Positions 48,312-61,105 are shown, counted from the first letter of the stretch. The stretch is DNA of 64,000 bases from Neoechinorhynchus agilis (GCA_051530055.1 CM121341.1:4628784-4692783); one strand, 5' to 3'. Made by a program: numbers and translations. Notes: a model not told the origin generated them from the sequence alone.

Positions 48312-50275
48312 TTTTTTTTAAAAAAACATAATATATTTTTAACAATTCAAACAATCTGTTTGAAGCACACTCACCACCTCCCGCCAAATTCCAGCTTTTG
48401 TCCTTCCTCGACCGTCGCCATCACGCTGGCAGCATTGCCTCGTTGTACTGCCAGCGAGATATTTTGTCGAAGGAATACACCTGCTCTTGAGTCTCCGGTT
48501 GCTTCTATCAATTTCTTCGAGACATCCTTCAGCAGAGAGAGTGCCGAGCTGCCGAGCGCTCCATACGTCTCTATCCCAAAGGGGACAAAATAGTGAGTCT
48601 CGATAACTGAATATATTTCCGTATTTTCCTCCCTTCCGCTGCACTGGCGGCACCACCGGCGATTTCGAGGGAGTAGGGGATGTTGCTGGCTGCGAGGGTA
48701 TCCACACACGTGGCGTCTCAGAGAAGGCATTTGCCCTCCCGCCACGGGAAGACCGAAATTCCATCGGACCTACGGCCGTCTAGTCTACAGAGGTGGGCGG
48801 GTTCCAGGATGTTCGGGAAGTTCGTCGTTATCAACGCCCGAGAAATTGCGTTATTGATTTCAGAATGGCGTGAGAACCTTCCTCCTGACCTTCTGCAGAC
48901 GAGACCGTGTCGCCCGAAAGCATCAACCAAAGACCCACATCGACAGCGATGGGGCGTGCATATCGGGAGACCAAGTCTTAAGGATACTGAGATCCTCGTT
49001 ACCTCATCAGTAAGAAGAGTTCCCACTGATGCCAGAAGTTAGCCTCCAACCACGCCCCAGATTCTCGTGTTGAAACTGCCAACAGTCTAGCTCGGACGAT
49101 CCCATCGCGAGAACCGGAAAGTAGAGAGCTGTGAGCTCTCGCGACAAGAGGTCCGTCCCAGATCGACTGTCTGAGGCCATTCACGGGAACATGGTTAGCG
49201 CCTGTCTGCTGGCACCATTCCTCAACCGCCACACGAAATCCCGGTCAAGACAGAACTTTTCCTTCAAAATTTTCTTCGAGACTGGTAGGCTCCCCTCAAA
49301 CGATCCAAGAAAGGCCGGCAAAGCAAGGTCGACTAGTGCCCGAATTCCCAATCCCCCAGATGACACAGGCAAAGAAGCTTGTCGCCACGCCTCATCTGAG
49401 AGCTGGACATTTAAAATACGCTCGAGACAAGCCCTCACCTTGCCGTCGAGCTTAGCCAATCCTTCCTTATGTTTGAAAAATGTTGCTGTGCGAACCTTGT
49501 ACAATAATTTGGGGATGAAGAGCGCGTTCTTTATGAGAAACAAGGCTTCATGAGCCGAGAGAGCGCACACCCTATCGCACAGCAACGAAATTTTCGGTAT
49601 GATATGGCCGATCTCATCTTCCACATTTGAATCGAAGACGCAACTGCCCAGGAGGCTGAGTTGTTCCCGAGTCACGAGTTTCAGACCTGGAGCTACGGCC
49701 TTTGACTTTGGCGGCGTCTCCAATATTCAATACAAGGAGCTCACATTTTCCAGCATTGAGCTCAATGCCCATCTTCGAGGTCTCCCTAATCAGCGTCTCC
49801 AAATCGCGCAGTAAAACGGAGGGATCACCTCCGAGCGTAGCGTCATCCAAGTACCAAGCGTTGAAGCTGGAATGGAGAGAATGCGCTATTGGATTTACTG
49901 TTAGTGAGAATGCGATTGGACCGAGGGGATCTCCTTGCTGCACTCCTCTTTCGGACCAAATGAGGTGGTCTTCGAAAAGCAAAGGAGTCGCCGTCCCGTA
50001 GGCATTGAGAAAATACGGGAAGGCTTCTGGTGCGTGATCCCTAATTGCGCAGAACATGGTTTCTCTATTGAGAGAGTTAAAGGCGTTCCGAAAATCACAC
50101 TTAAGAATCACGCAGGGCTCTGAACTCTTCGTTTAAAAGTTTCGGAGCGCATGGACAATAGCTTCCGCCCGCAGGATGTGCAGCAGCCCAGTTGGACTGG
50201 ACGAAGTTGCTGTCCGGTTTTCTCTGTAATACATTTGCAGAGAAGTTTTTCCTGAGAGTCGGCGTATAGAAGCCA
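48312..50275 (-). mobile_element. CRE-clade non-LTR retrotransposon, 5'-truncated, with an A8 tail
   Basis: GQQLRPVQLG, KCDFRNAFNSL, GVQQGDPLGP, WYLDD, SLPVSSGGLGIR, CRCG..HGLVC..GGRFSRH, RxDG, ETYGALG, AVQRGNAAS; T8 at 48312-48319 on the + strand. Frameshifted. Confidence 0.92.
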
Positions 50276-50399
50276 ATTCTCTTTTAGTTTTAAATTTTAT
50301 GTCCTTTTAATGCCATAGTCGAGGATTTCTTCTCAAAACCGTTGGCACCGAAGATGCGTTACCTTGGTTGCTTTTTTGTAGCGAATCGACGAAAAAAGA

Positions 50400-50580
50400 A
50401 TGCCGTTAAATACGGAGGTTGAGACTTGTGGAGCGCCCGAGGAGTCGGCCGCTAAAACTATGGGACGAATTGGGCCGTCAAATGAAGGAAGCGATCAAAT
50501 AAACTTTACTTAGAGGATGAGCACAGCGGCTGTCCAGCGAGGGAACGTCGTAAACATTACGGAAACGATCTCAACCAGGG
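50400..50580 (+). mobile_element. Old CRE-type RLE 3' remnant
   Basis: VETCGA.., LWDELGRQMKEA, RMSTAAVQRGNVV in broken frames. Confidence 0.5.
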
Positions 50581-50777
50581 AAAAAACTAAGGAGTATATA
50601 AAGATAAAAGATAGTAGAATGAAAACAGAAAAATAAATTAAGCATAAGCCATAGAAGAGCTCATTTTTTAGGAGATTCAAGTAATTTGTGTGCACTTTAA
50701 AAAGGCGAAGTGCGAATAAAGATTATTACATCTTTTCCTTGGTTTTTTTAGTTTTCCTTGGCATGAATCCACGCCGA

Positions 50778-51055
50778 ATGTTTTCCCCATTCAGGTTTTA
50801 AGCTCGGGTGAGTAAGATCTCCAAACCCGAAACGCATTAATCTCTTACATCAGAGAAGTGAAGGGTCATTTCTGATTGTTGGATAGACTCGCCGATTCAA
50901 AAAACGAAAGAACCTCTGAACCATTGTGAATCTGCCTCGACGAGTTGATCCAACGATCAGAAATGACCCAATCACTTCTCTGATGTAAGAGATAAATGCG
51001 TTTCGGGTTTGGAGATCCCGCGCACTCGAGCTTAAAACCCGAATGGGGAAAACAT
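50778..51055. repeat. Foldback element: ~105 bp imperfect inverted arms with a ~60 bp spacer
   Basis: atgttttccccattc..gttggat pairs with atccaac..gaatggggaaaacat. Confidence 0.9.
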
Positions 51056-51859
51056 ATTTTAGACGACTACAGGAAGTATTTTCACCAAAATTATACTATG
51101 ACTAACCCAATGGATTTTCTCCGTCGATGATATTGATAAAATTTGGATTTAATCTTTGGATATTTCAGATAAATATGCTGACTCGATGTATTGGTTACCA
51201 ATTTGTACGATGTCGATTGATTCCGTTTAAACGGTTGAGCATTACACCATTTTCAGTGGTTCGTTTTCTATCAACACCATCGCATCCTCCTCCTGCTGCT
51301 CAATTGGACGAAGAAGTGCCTCGAGCGGCGGCGTTTCTATCTTTTGGTTCCTTATTTTAAATGAAACGTTTTCGCAGTTTCATTCTTGCTTTCTAAATAT
51401 TTGAAGAAATTTCCGCGACTGTCTTAGCAACATTCGTCTTAGATCGCCGGCAACCAGAGAAAAGAGATTAAGTGATGGACTTTTTGAATCTCAAAGTAAC
51501 TCTGAAAAACGTGGAAAGAAGTCCAGTAGGCGAAGTAGCTAAGCTCGAAACGCTCAATGTCCATTAAGAAAAATATCAAGTAAGTTCAGTTGATTATAGA
51601 CGTCAAATGTATCCTCGTTTTGCATAAATCGAATTTAATTGCTCGGTAGGAGCAGGAATTTCATCTTGAACTATAGTGAAGAGCATTACTTTATTGGGAA
51701 AGTATTTTAGTAATGTCAGATTTTTAAGATATACAGCAAAGGTTCAATAATCCTCGGAAGGATTGTTCAAGAATTGAGATATCATTTGCTTGCTTTGAGC
51801 CAAACTTTCCGTTAAAGCTTAGCCTGTAACTTTTATTTTTTGTTTTAGGGCACAAGGCC

Positions 51860-52611
51860 CCGATTCATCGTTAGTGGGAAGCGAATAAAATTACACCACG
51901 CGGTATCCTCAGATACCTCCCGGGGATGTGGGACTCATCAGTGAGTTTCCTTCATTGGGGTATTTCGTCCCCTTTTGGTTCTGAATCATCGACCATTGTG
52001 GATTTTGAACCCTTTGACCAAAACTGGGCCCACTTGACCTCCTCGGTACAGCAACGGAATGTGTATAAACTCTGCCACTTTTTTCAATTTTGAATCAATT
52101 GAATTATTTGTTTAAAGTCTCGCTCCTCCGGATCACATATAATTCTACTTAAAAGCATGGTGCGAAATTTTGAGATTTTTCAATGGAACAAAGGACGAGC
52201 CTGCGACTAGAACCGCGGATTATTTCAACATTTTCCAGGAGAATTCCAGCGCAATACATTTCCGACTATCTTCTTAATCTACAAATCTCTGTGATAAATG
52301 ATGCAATACGAGAACAGTTACTCAACGTGTTTTATGATTCAAACAGCTTAAGTCCTGCTAGCCGGTAACTTTTTTTCTTTGTTTTAATTGTGGCCTTTTC
52401 ACGGCTGATGATTTCTCCTTTTAGGCCTACAGTCCCGATTCATTGGCCGGGAAAACGCATCAAGTTTCCTTCCTTGGCCGGATCCCAGTTTTGGTCAAAG
52501 GGTTCAAAATCCACAATGGTCAATGACTCACAACCAAACAGGGACGAAATATCCCAATAAAGGAAGGTTTTTAGGTGTGATTTTATTCGCTTCCCACTAA
52601 CAATGAATCGG
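51860..52611. repeat. Spaced inverted repeat (51860-52028 / 52484-52611); the left arm has a ~49 nt extra segment
   Basis: ccgattcatcgttagtgggaagcgaataaaa..ccaaaactggg versus cccagttttgg..ttttattcgcttcccactaacaatgaatcgg. Confidence 0.9.
51908..51971 (-). ncRNA. Complete hammerhead ribozyme with non-circularly permuted (pseudoknotted) strand order
   Basis: Minus strand reads GGGAC-GAAA-UACC..linker..CUCA-CUGAUGA-GUCCC..linker..GGUA-UC-UGAG. All core nucleotides are present and stems I (4 bp), II (5 bp) and III (5 bp) are Watson-Crick. Confidence 0.7.
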
Positions 52612-52828
52612 TCACAATTAAAAACAAAGAAAAAAAGTTTGTTGATCGATATTTCCCTATTTGATGCTGGAGCAATAGTCTTCTCCTTACAAAAACACCA
52701 CGCTTTACCTATTCATCAACGCAACGAACACCCTTCAAAAAGTGCCATATTTTGAACCACGGAGTTTGCTAACGAAAAACCTACGGACGAATAGCTATTA
52801 TCACTGACTTTCTAGGGTTTTTTTATAG

Positions 52829-54453
52829 ATGTATAAGAAGAGAAGACAATACGAGATCATACCAATATTAAAGATCGACCCTATAAAAGTTGCTAATAAA
52901 ATCTTTTCTAATATTTCTATGATTAGCCACTTGATTGTGCATGTGATGACTGGCAGTAAAAGTTTTGCAACGAGTACAATTCGAATAAGCAATAGAAAGT
53001 TCGTGAAGGGAGTTGGAGTTGTGTTAGTGGATAATGTGGATTTTGTTGATGGTAATAGTTTCAATACTCCATCCCTTCAAGAGACTTTTATGATAGAGAG
53101 CAGACCTCCAATCAAAGCCAGATTTCAACGAAACCCGGAAAAACGAATAATACATCATTTGGTAGAGATGGATTGTTCTGTTCATGCTTTAAGACATGCA
53201 TGGACAAGCTTTTTTTTGTTAAAAACATCTAAAATTTGAACGTCAACGAGAGTTGACCATGCATGTGATAATAAGACGAAGAACCAATGGAAATGATACA
53301 CCAATGATAGGCATTGTTGGTCAACCTTATTCACGACTTCACCTTTTACTCGGTGATTATCAGTTTGAATCACTCAATATCCCGTTGCCTACGATGCATC
53401 ACGATGAAAGTGTCGGCTTGGACGAAAACGTTTACATTGCGTCCAAAAGTCTGTACTCACCAGTTACTGAAAAGAGTCCAATGTTTGCAATTGATTTTGA
53501 AAATATTATACTTCGTGACGGTAAAACTTATACCAGCGTCTTTCTTCGAGAGCTTTGTCTCCGGGTTTTTTTGTCGATAAAAATTCGAGTAAGACGCTGT
53601 TATGCATAAGAGCACAGTAGTATCGATCGCAGTCGTTAACGAAAATCTCGAATGCGTTTACAAACAAATAATAAATCATCCGGACGAAAATGTTCACCAA
53701 TACGTTACGTTTATCACCGGAATTACTAAAGACGACGTCGCGGAAAGTAATGTCAATCTGTCGGAGGCGAAAACCAAATTTTGTGAATGTATCCCAGATG
53801 ATGGAATCCTTGTGGGTCATGCAATAGGCAACGATCTCAGAAACATTAAATTATTTCATCCGTACCTCATTGATACTTCTGCTATATTTACAAAACCAAA
53901 AAATAGACTTCAGCCCTCTTTAAAAGAACTCGTGAAGGAGTATTTGAACAGAGATATTCAACCTAAAGGCGCATTTCATTGTCCAATAGAGGATGCCCGT
54001 GCTGCGATGGAATTAGTACAATGGAAACTTCAACAAGGAATATCAGCCGGAGATGCACGTTTACGGGGAAATTTGGAACACATTGAGTCAGACAATCGAT
54101 GCGATCTCTTTAATATCTTAAAAGATCAAAACAAATGCTACGTATCCACGAACGGAATTTCTGAAAGATTTCCGGGAGTCCAGAATGTTCTCTATGATTC
54201 TGATCAATCGATCGATCAATTTAAGCCGGAATTATGCTGTCTTGAAGGGTTGGTTATTTATGAACATAGTTTAAAAGAAAAAGGAAATCGACAAGCTGAA
54301 GAAATCAACAATTACTTATCTAAACTTTTGCCCATTGATCCAGGATTTCTTTTGATTGTAATTTTCGATTTAAACAATGCAACTGAGCAGGACGATGAAT
54401 GTCACATGGTTCAGTGTTATTTCGGTATAACGGGTCCTGTGGATCAGTACTAG
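52829..54453 (+). CDS. DEDDh RNA exonuclease, REXO1/REXO5 (Rex1)-like, multi-exon; 5' end uncertain
   Basis: SPMFAIDFE (ExoI), YVTFITGIT, ILVGHAIGNDL (ExoII), HPYLIDTS, PSLKELVKEYLNRDIQ, HCPIEDARAAMEL (ExoIII). Confidence 0.85.
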
Positions 54454-54895
54454 TAAATCTCGTAATTTTATGAATTTCTAAAGACTTTTTTAAAACTACG
54501 TTGCTTTCCATTTAGGATTAAGTTCAACAGACAGAGTTATCTACTCAAAAAAATACAGATCCGCTCATATTCCCGATAGTCAGACTGCAAAAAAACACCT
54601 TTGACAACTTACACGCCGCCACTACCATAGAATCCATTAAAGTTCAATCGAATTAGCATGCCTTCAACTCGTTCATCTTTTGTTTTTTTGCAACATTTTT
54701 GTAAAGCTAAATAGGGGAATTTCTGTTAGTCGTCGAGTAAAATTATTCAATCTAACAGATTTTATGGGTAATTTTTTGAATTTCGGAACGACTTTCAAGA
54801 ACTAAACAACATCTCATGCACTAAAACGCATTTGGCTTACGGTTCTTTTAGTTTCATCTGCTTTTTTGGAATTTCCTGTAATTCTCGCGTTTAAA

Positions 54896-57800
54896 TCAAA
54901 ACTCACCCAAAACGAATGTCTTGATCATTTCAAGGAACTTTGAATAAGCGTCCCGGTTGCCGTTCGAAAAAGCAATAACCAGATCACATAGCTTTAGAAT
55001 CACTCGGGTGAAGTTTGTTTCCTGAATAGAAGTTCCATCAAACTTTATCCAACTAAACAGAGCGTAAACATCAGAGACGGAGAGTATGCTATGGAAAGTA
55101 ACCAAAAGTCATCGTTTCTTGAGCAATGCCGGCTGCGAAAGCTTTTAGAAACCTTAAACATTAGTAGAAAAAAGAAGTGGCGATGGTATAAGCTATCAAT
55201 GATGATATTCAGAATCAGCGGGGACCGGTGTACTCCCGTGACCAATGCAACCCTTCAATTGCTCACCACCGTCTCAACTTTTAGTTTTGCAATGTGGACC
55301 GTGTGGATTCGCGGCCAAGATCTGGGCCTTGCAAATGAATCCCCGCTCAAAATCACACAAATGAAGACCCTAGCGAATCCGTGGCATCCAACGTCTTCTA
55401 ATCCTCTTCGACAAAAACAGAAACTAAGCATTTAAAACCTTTTTGAAAGCGATGAGATATACTCGTAATGAATATTTGTTATTCAAACGACCAATCTCCG
55501 GACGAGACCCTAATGAGAGAGAGTTGCCGTCGACTAAAAATTCGCAGCTTAAATTATTCTTCGATCCATCGATTCGATTCATCATTGAAGACCAAGATTC
55601 GTCAACTAGAGTTCGAATAAACGATCTGATTGTCCTTACAAACATCATCATTTCGTAACACCAAAGACGAGACTTGTGATACTTGGCCAATCGTAAACCT
55701 AAACGAGCAAAATGGTAAATCATATTGTTGAGAAATAAAAAAAACACGAACCTTTCAATTTTTCCAATAAACTTTTGACTCTTAGTTCTGTGAAGAGAAT
55801 ACAAAGAAGAAATCTGAACATAAAGTCGTAGATTGCTTGTACTTGGCCCGTCAAATATGATGCACCGTCGCATTCCAGTTTAGTCTAAACGGATTTTATA
55901 AGACAAAAATGAAACCAACAATGGCAAGAAGGTATTTTTTAACATTCGGATTTTAGCTGCAACATAGCCTAAAACGTTTAAAATTGGAGGATTTGAATTC
56001 ATGTTTAATTACATATAAAATAGCACGATTGATGCACATGGAATGAATTAGACTTTTTCTTTTAAAAATTATTCGGTCTATAAAATACGAGAAAGCGGTA
56101 ACCCATCGTGTGTGTTTTTTTCGTTCCTTTCCACATAGAATAAAAAACTGTTTAAAAAAACATGGGAAAAAACCAACCTCGTTGAGTGCAATTGAAATTT
56201 TGCTCAGAATTATCAGATGTGGATTTCGGATCGCCGAGGACAGCAATGCAGTTGACTTTTTTATTCGAAACATGGTTGGATCAAGAGAAGATTGGATAAC
56301 GGCTACGATTTTGTTGGCGTCATAAACCGAATTTACTGCAAACTCGGCTCCTCCAAACGATTTCTCGAGTCCGTCTAGCAAGTTTTGGCAGCTAAAAAAG
56401 CAGATTTTTCTAAGGGAAATCCATCGATTCATAAGAATGCCTCTAAGGAGTGTGTGAGCATAAGTATTTGTCCGTACATTGAAAACATTTTCGGCATGTT
56501 TTTCGATACGATGGACTAATTGAGACAATTCACCCTGCCGAATTTGTAGCTTGTCCTTTCGAGGTATCATTTTAAACGGAGAAGTATACTTAAGAGCATA
56601 AAGATAAGTGTAACAGAGCGTCGTCTTCCATTCTTCGATTTCTTCTCCATACAGTTCTGCAACAGTATTGTCAAAATAGAGAGAATCTAATTCCGCAATC
56701 GAGTAGGAATTAAGTATTTCCAATAGATCATGTTGGTCCATTAATTGAAGGCGCATCTTATCAATTATGCTAGAAGGCTCGATTTTATCAATGAGAAATC
56801 GATCAAAATCACTCATGTCAAACCAACATTCCGTTGGATTTGGTAGTGGAGGACACTGACCTGCCTTCGCTACTGCACTTAAAAGGCGACCTTCTACAAT
56901 TTCTTCAATTTTCATTGGACATCGAAGAAGTCTATCAAATCGCCTACATCATTACGGATTAATGTTGCAGTTTAGGGGATAAAATTTACGAACCTAATAA
57001 ATGGTCCGATCGAATCAACAAAGAATTGAGCAACGATTGATTCTTCGTGGTTTCCAATCATACAATTTCTGTTTTCATGAACACATAGGCGATCTATAAC
57101 GCGGGCTCCTGTTGTAATCAAAGACAACGGATTTCCTTTTGTTGTCGAATAATCAAGAACGTCAATTAGTTGTTCAATTACGATTTTTATAGAATAAATT
57201 GCATGCCGAATTTCAATCAGAGACATGTTCAGTTGATCCAACAGCCAACGGTGAAATCTATTGTTATGAAAACGGAGATTGTTAGTCGAAATGTGGTCGC
57301 AGAGAAATTGGAGAACAATAAAATCAATCTTGAAATGATAGTGGATCCATTACAAACTCAACACAATTTGAAAGATTCAGTAATTCAAAAAAGAAGAAAT
57401 GAACAACCTCCGTTAGTACAAGATGTCAAAAACCGTTTCGTTCGAGAATTATTGAAGTAATTCGTCATCAAAGTCGCATAAAGTTTCCTTACTTCCATAA
57501 AAGGTTCAATAAAAACGCCAAAAGTATTCGGACAAACACTTCTACTAAGAAAGTAGTTTTCATTTATAGATTGGTTTGTTTCGTCGACAAGAATATTTGG
57601 TATGTTTAGGACAAGATAGGTGAGGTTTCTAGAAAGATCCGATTCTTGTAATGCGAAAGGCCGTCGAAATTCTCCACTAGGATTTTCTAGAGCTTTACGT
57701 GCGTAGTCCAAACGTACGAGAACATTGAACCAATCGCCGGTATTGTGAACAGGGATCTCAGATTCACTTGTAGAGTCTTTTAGTTGATCGTTCGCTGATT

Positions 57801-58180
57801 TATCGCCACGATAAACATCGACGTCGTGGTAGTTTACCAGTAGTGATTCTGGATCAGTGTAGATTTGGGTACTTGTGAGCGGCAGCACAGCGTTAGTGCT
57901 CAGTATGGATTCCAAAGGAACAGTGTAAATCGAGTTTTCTTTGATTGGTAAAATCAAAGATGGATCTTTTGGTGGTGTAGCAGTTGCAAATTCGCTTAGA
58001 AAAGCAATTAGACAATCGGCATCTTCCCATTGATCATAGATCTGATCGATCAAATCAATAATTCTTCTTAGATAGTGGTCATGTTTGGGATCGCTGTATT
58101 TGTGAACAGCAATCCGAACCAGCTTTTCGTACGATGCAATTGGTCGATTTTCGAGCTCATCAAAGCGCCTATAAGTTTAA
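54896..58180 (-). CDS. Large unknown multi-exon protein (probably helical), family not recognised
   Basis: Collinear minus-strand ORFs of 222, 89, 320, 149 and 69 aa separated by short gaps with GT/AG-like boundaries. Confidence 0.5.
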
Positions 58181-58490
58181 CGGTGAGAATCAATATCAGC
58201 GCCGACTAGAAAACGCGATGATCTAAATTCATGGATAAAACAATATTTGTGTAGTGGGCTAACTATTTTCTATAAATTTTCGCGAGGTTTCCACGCAAAA
58301 TATCTCAATTTAAGTGTTTTATCCTTAGCAGTTTTTTTTAATGTTTAACGATTGAACTATTCATGTTTGTTTAAGGCGTAAAAAGACTTTATCAGATTCG
58401 ATATTTTGGAAGCATAATCTTATACGCGTTTATCAAGGTCTCTTGTAACGTCTTGGATTATTATCTCCGACGTTAGGGAAAAGATACTTT

Positions 58491-59533
58491 CTTTTTTCTT
58501 AGTTTTTCGACGATTCCGCCGGATTTAAATCTCTACTAATCTAAATTTCTCCGATAATTCACCTATCGGAAAATAAATCCGACATTTTCTCAAGGTTTTT
58601 CATTGTTTGGAAGAAAATGAAAAGGAGTTTAAGGGAGCTTCTCCATAATTTAGTTTCTAAATCCTTTTAAATAAAACTTCTAAAGGATACTTTTCTCAAA
58701 TTGGTCAATAATCGTGAATTTAATTTCTTTTTTCTTAGTTTTTCGACGATTCCGCCGGATTTCAATCTTTACTAATCTAAATTTCCCCGATAATTCACCT
58801 ATCGGAAAATAATTCCGACATTTTCTCAAGGTTTTTCATTGTTTGGAAGAAAATGAAAGGGAGTTTAAGGGAGCTTCTCCATAATTTAGTTTCTAAATCC
58901 TTTTTGATAACATTTATAAAGGATACTTTTCTCAAATTGGTCAATAATCGTGAATTTAATTTCTTTTTTCTTAGTTTTTCGACGATTCCGCCGGATTTCA
59001 ATCTTTACTAATCTAAATTTCTCCGATAATTAACCTATCGGAAAATAATTGCGACATTTTCTCAAGGTTTTTCATTGTTTGGAAGAAAATGAAAGGGAGT
59101 TTAAGGGAGCTTCGCCATAATTTAGTTTCTAAATCCTTTTAAATAACATTTCTGAAGGATACTTTTCTCAAATTGGTCAATAATCGTGAATTTAATTTCT
59201 TTTTTCTTAGTTTTTCGACGATTCCGCCGGATTTCAATCTTTACTAATCTAAATTTCTCCGATAATTAACCTATCGGAAAATAATTGCGACATTTTCTCA
59301 AGGTTTTTCATTGTTTGGAAGAAAATGAAAGGGAGTTTAAGGGAGCTTCGCCATAATTTAGTTTCTAAATCCTTTTAAATAACATTTCTGAAGGATACTT
59401 TTCTCAAATTGGTCAATAATCGTGAATTAAATTCCTTTCTCTTAGTTTTTCGACGATTCCGCCGGATTTCAATCTTCACTAATCTAAATTTCCCCGATAA
59501 TTCACCTATCGGAAAATAATTCGGACATTTTCT
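58491..59533. repeat. Satellite array, 236 bp monomer, ~4.4 copies
   Basis: ttcgacgattcc at 58506, 58742, 58978, 59214, 59449. Confidence 0.95.
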
Positions 59534-59708
59534 CACGTCACATCTACGGAAGAATCCATACCTTCGTTTATTGAATTCTTTCGTATCACAGGAGCCCATT
59601 ATTGAATCACAAAGTTTTGGCCGATGGCACCGTTTTCGTTTGACGTCATGTTCAAAATGGTCGAATAGTTTCGCGAACAATTGATAGAGCGATGTCATTA
59701 ATCTTTAG

Positions 59709-60352
59709 ATGAGCGATGAAGAAGAAGCGAAAGGTGGTGAAAAGGACGATTGGATTGATAGAAGTGACAGTGATGAGTCATTTCCGGACGTTAAAGTCCC
59801 GGACGAATCCGGTTTGTCAAAATAAAAGACACGCACACACACATTTTTGTTGTTCATTTAGACGATGACGACGGAAGTGGTAGTAGCAGTGACGGCGACG
59901 TTGTTGTAGACTACGACCGGTCCAGTGAATTATGGACGGATTTTGTGAAAGCCTTTACTACGAATCCTTCTAAGCGAACGGATGAGTGTCAGGCCAAGAA
60001 GCGTCGAATTGAGTCTTTCTACGACACGGAAAGTGCAGTGAAAAAGTGGAGAGCGGTCAAGAAGTCATTAAAGATTGAGAGGGCACTCAGTGACCCCGGT
60101 GACCATGAGCCATCCAATGCTCAAAAGAACTCGACTCTTGAAAAGGCTCGAGAAGAGTGGAATCAGTTTAAACGTCAGAACGAAATTGAGGCCGATGAAA
60201 TGGTCGAACACAACAAAAGCAAAAAAGGATATTTGGAAAGAATGGAGTTTCTCAGTAGAGTGGACGCAAAAAAAGATGAAATTGAACGTGAAAAAAGAGC
60301 CGAAGCTGCGAGGAAGAGAATGGCACAACAAGATAAGAAAATGGGTGGTTAG
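59709..60352 (+). CDS. CFDP1: Craniofacial development protein 1 / BCNT (Swc5) homolog, one intron 59812-59861
   Basis: Acidic N-terminus, ELWTDF, and the BCNT-C motif STLEKAREEWNQFK..E..EHNKSKKGYLERMEFLSRVD..EIERE. A 50 nt GT-AG intron keeps the frame. Confidence 0.88.
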
Positions 60353-60427
60353 ATGTTGACGTTGTGTTTAATCAACAACAACAAACTTTGTGTCTTCTGT
60401 AGAGGTGGCGTTTTCGGACCTAGGACT

Positions 60428-61103
60428 TTCGAATTTGTAGAATTCAGCTATTACAAAGTATTTTCTATCATTTCTTTGAGAAAAATTTAATGAACTGAAA
60501 TTGTTCCACGAGTCTCATCGTCTTTTTTTAATGATTTAAGGACGGTTCTTCAAATTTGTAGAATTCGGCATGCAATATCTTAAGGTCTCTTACAAAAGTA
60601 TTTTCTATCATTTCTTTGAGAAAAATTTAATAAACTAAAATCATTTTGCGAGTCTCATCGTCTTTTTTTAATGATTTTGGGACGGTCCTTCGAATTTGTA
60701 GAATTCGGCATGCAATATTTTAAGGTCTCGTACAAAAGTATTTTGAATCCATTTCTTTGAGGAAAATTTAATAAACTAAAATCATTTTGCGAGTCTCATC
60801 GTCTTTTTTTTAATGATTTTGGGACGGTCCTTCGAATTTGTAGAATTCGGCATGCAATATTTTAAGGTCTCGTACAAAAGTATTTTGAATCCATTTCTTT
60901 GAGAAAAATTTAATAAACTAAAATCATTTTGCGAGTCTCATCGTCTTTTTTTTAATGATTTTGGGACGGTCCTTTAGACTTGGAATGAAAATGTCGTCAA
61001 TATTTAAAGGTCTCTTACAAAAGTGTTTTGAATCCATTTTTTGAGAAAAATTTAATAAATTACAATTATTCCACGAGTCTCATCGTCTTTTTTTAATGAT
61101 TTA
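60428..61103. repeat. Tandem repeat, ~140 bp, ~5 copies
   Basis: Recurring gaatttgtagaattc and gagtctcatcgtcttttt. Confidence 0.92.
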
Positions 61104-61105
61104 AC

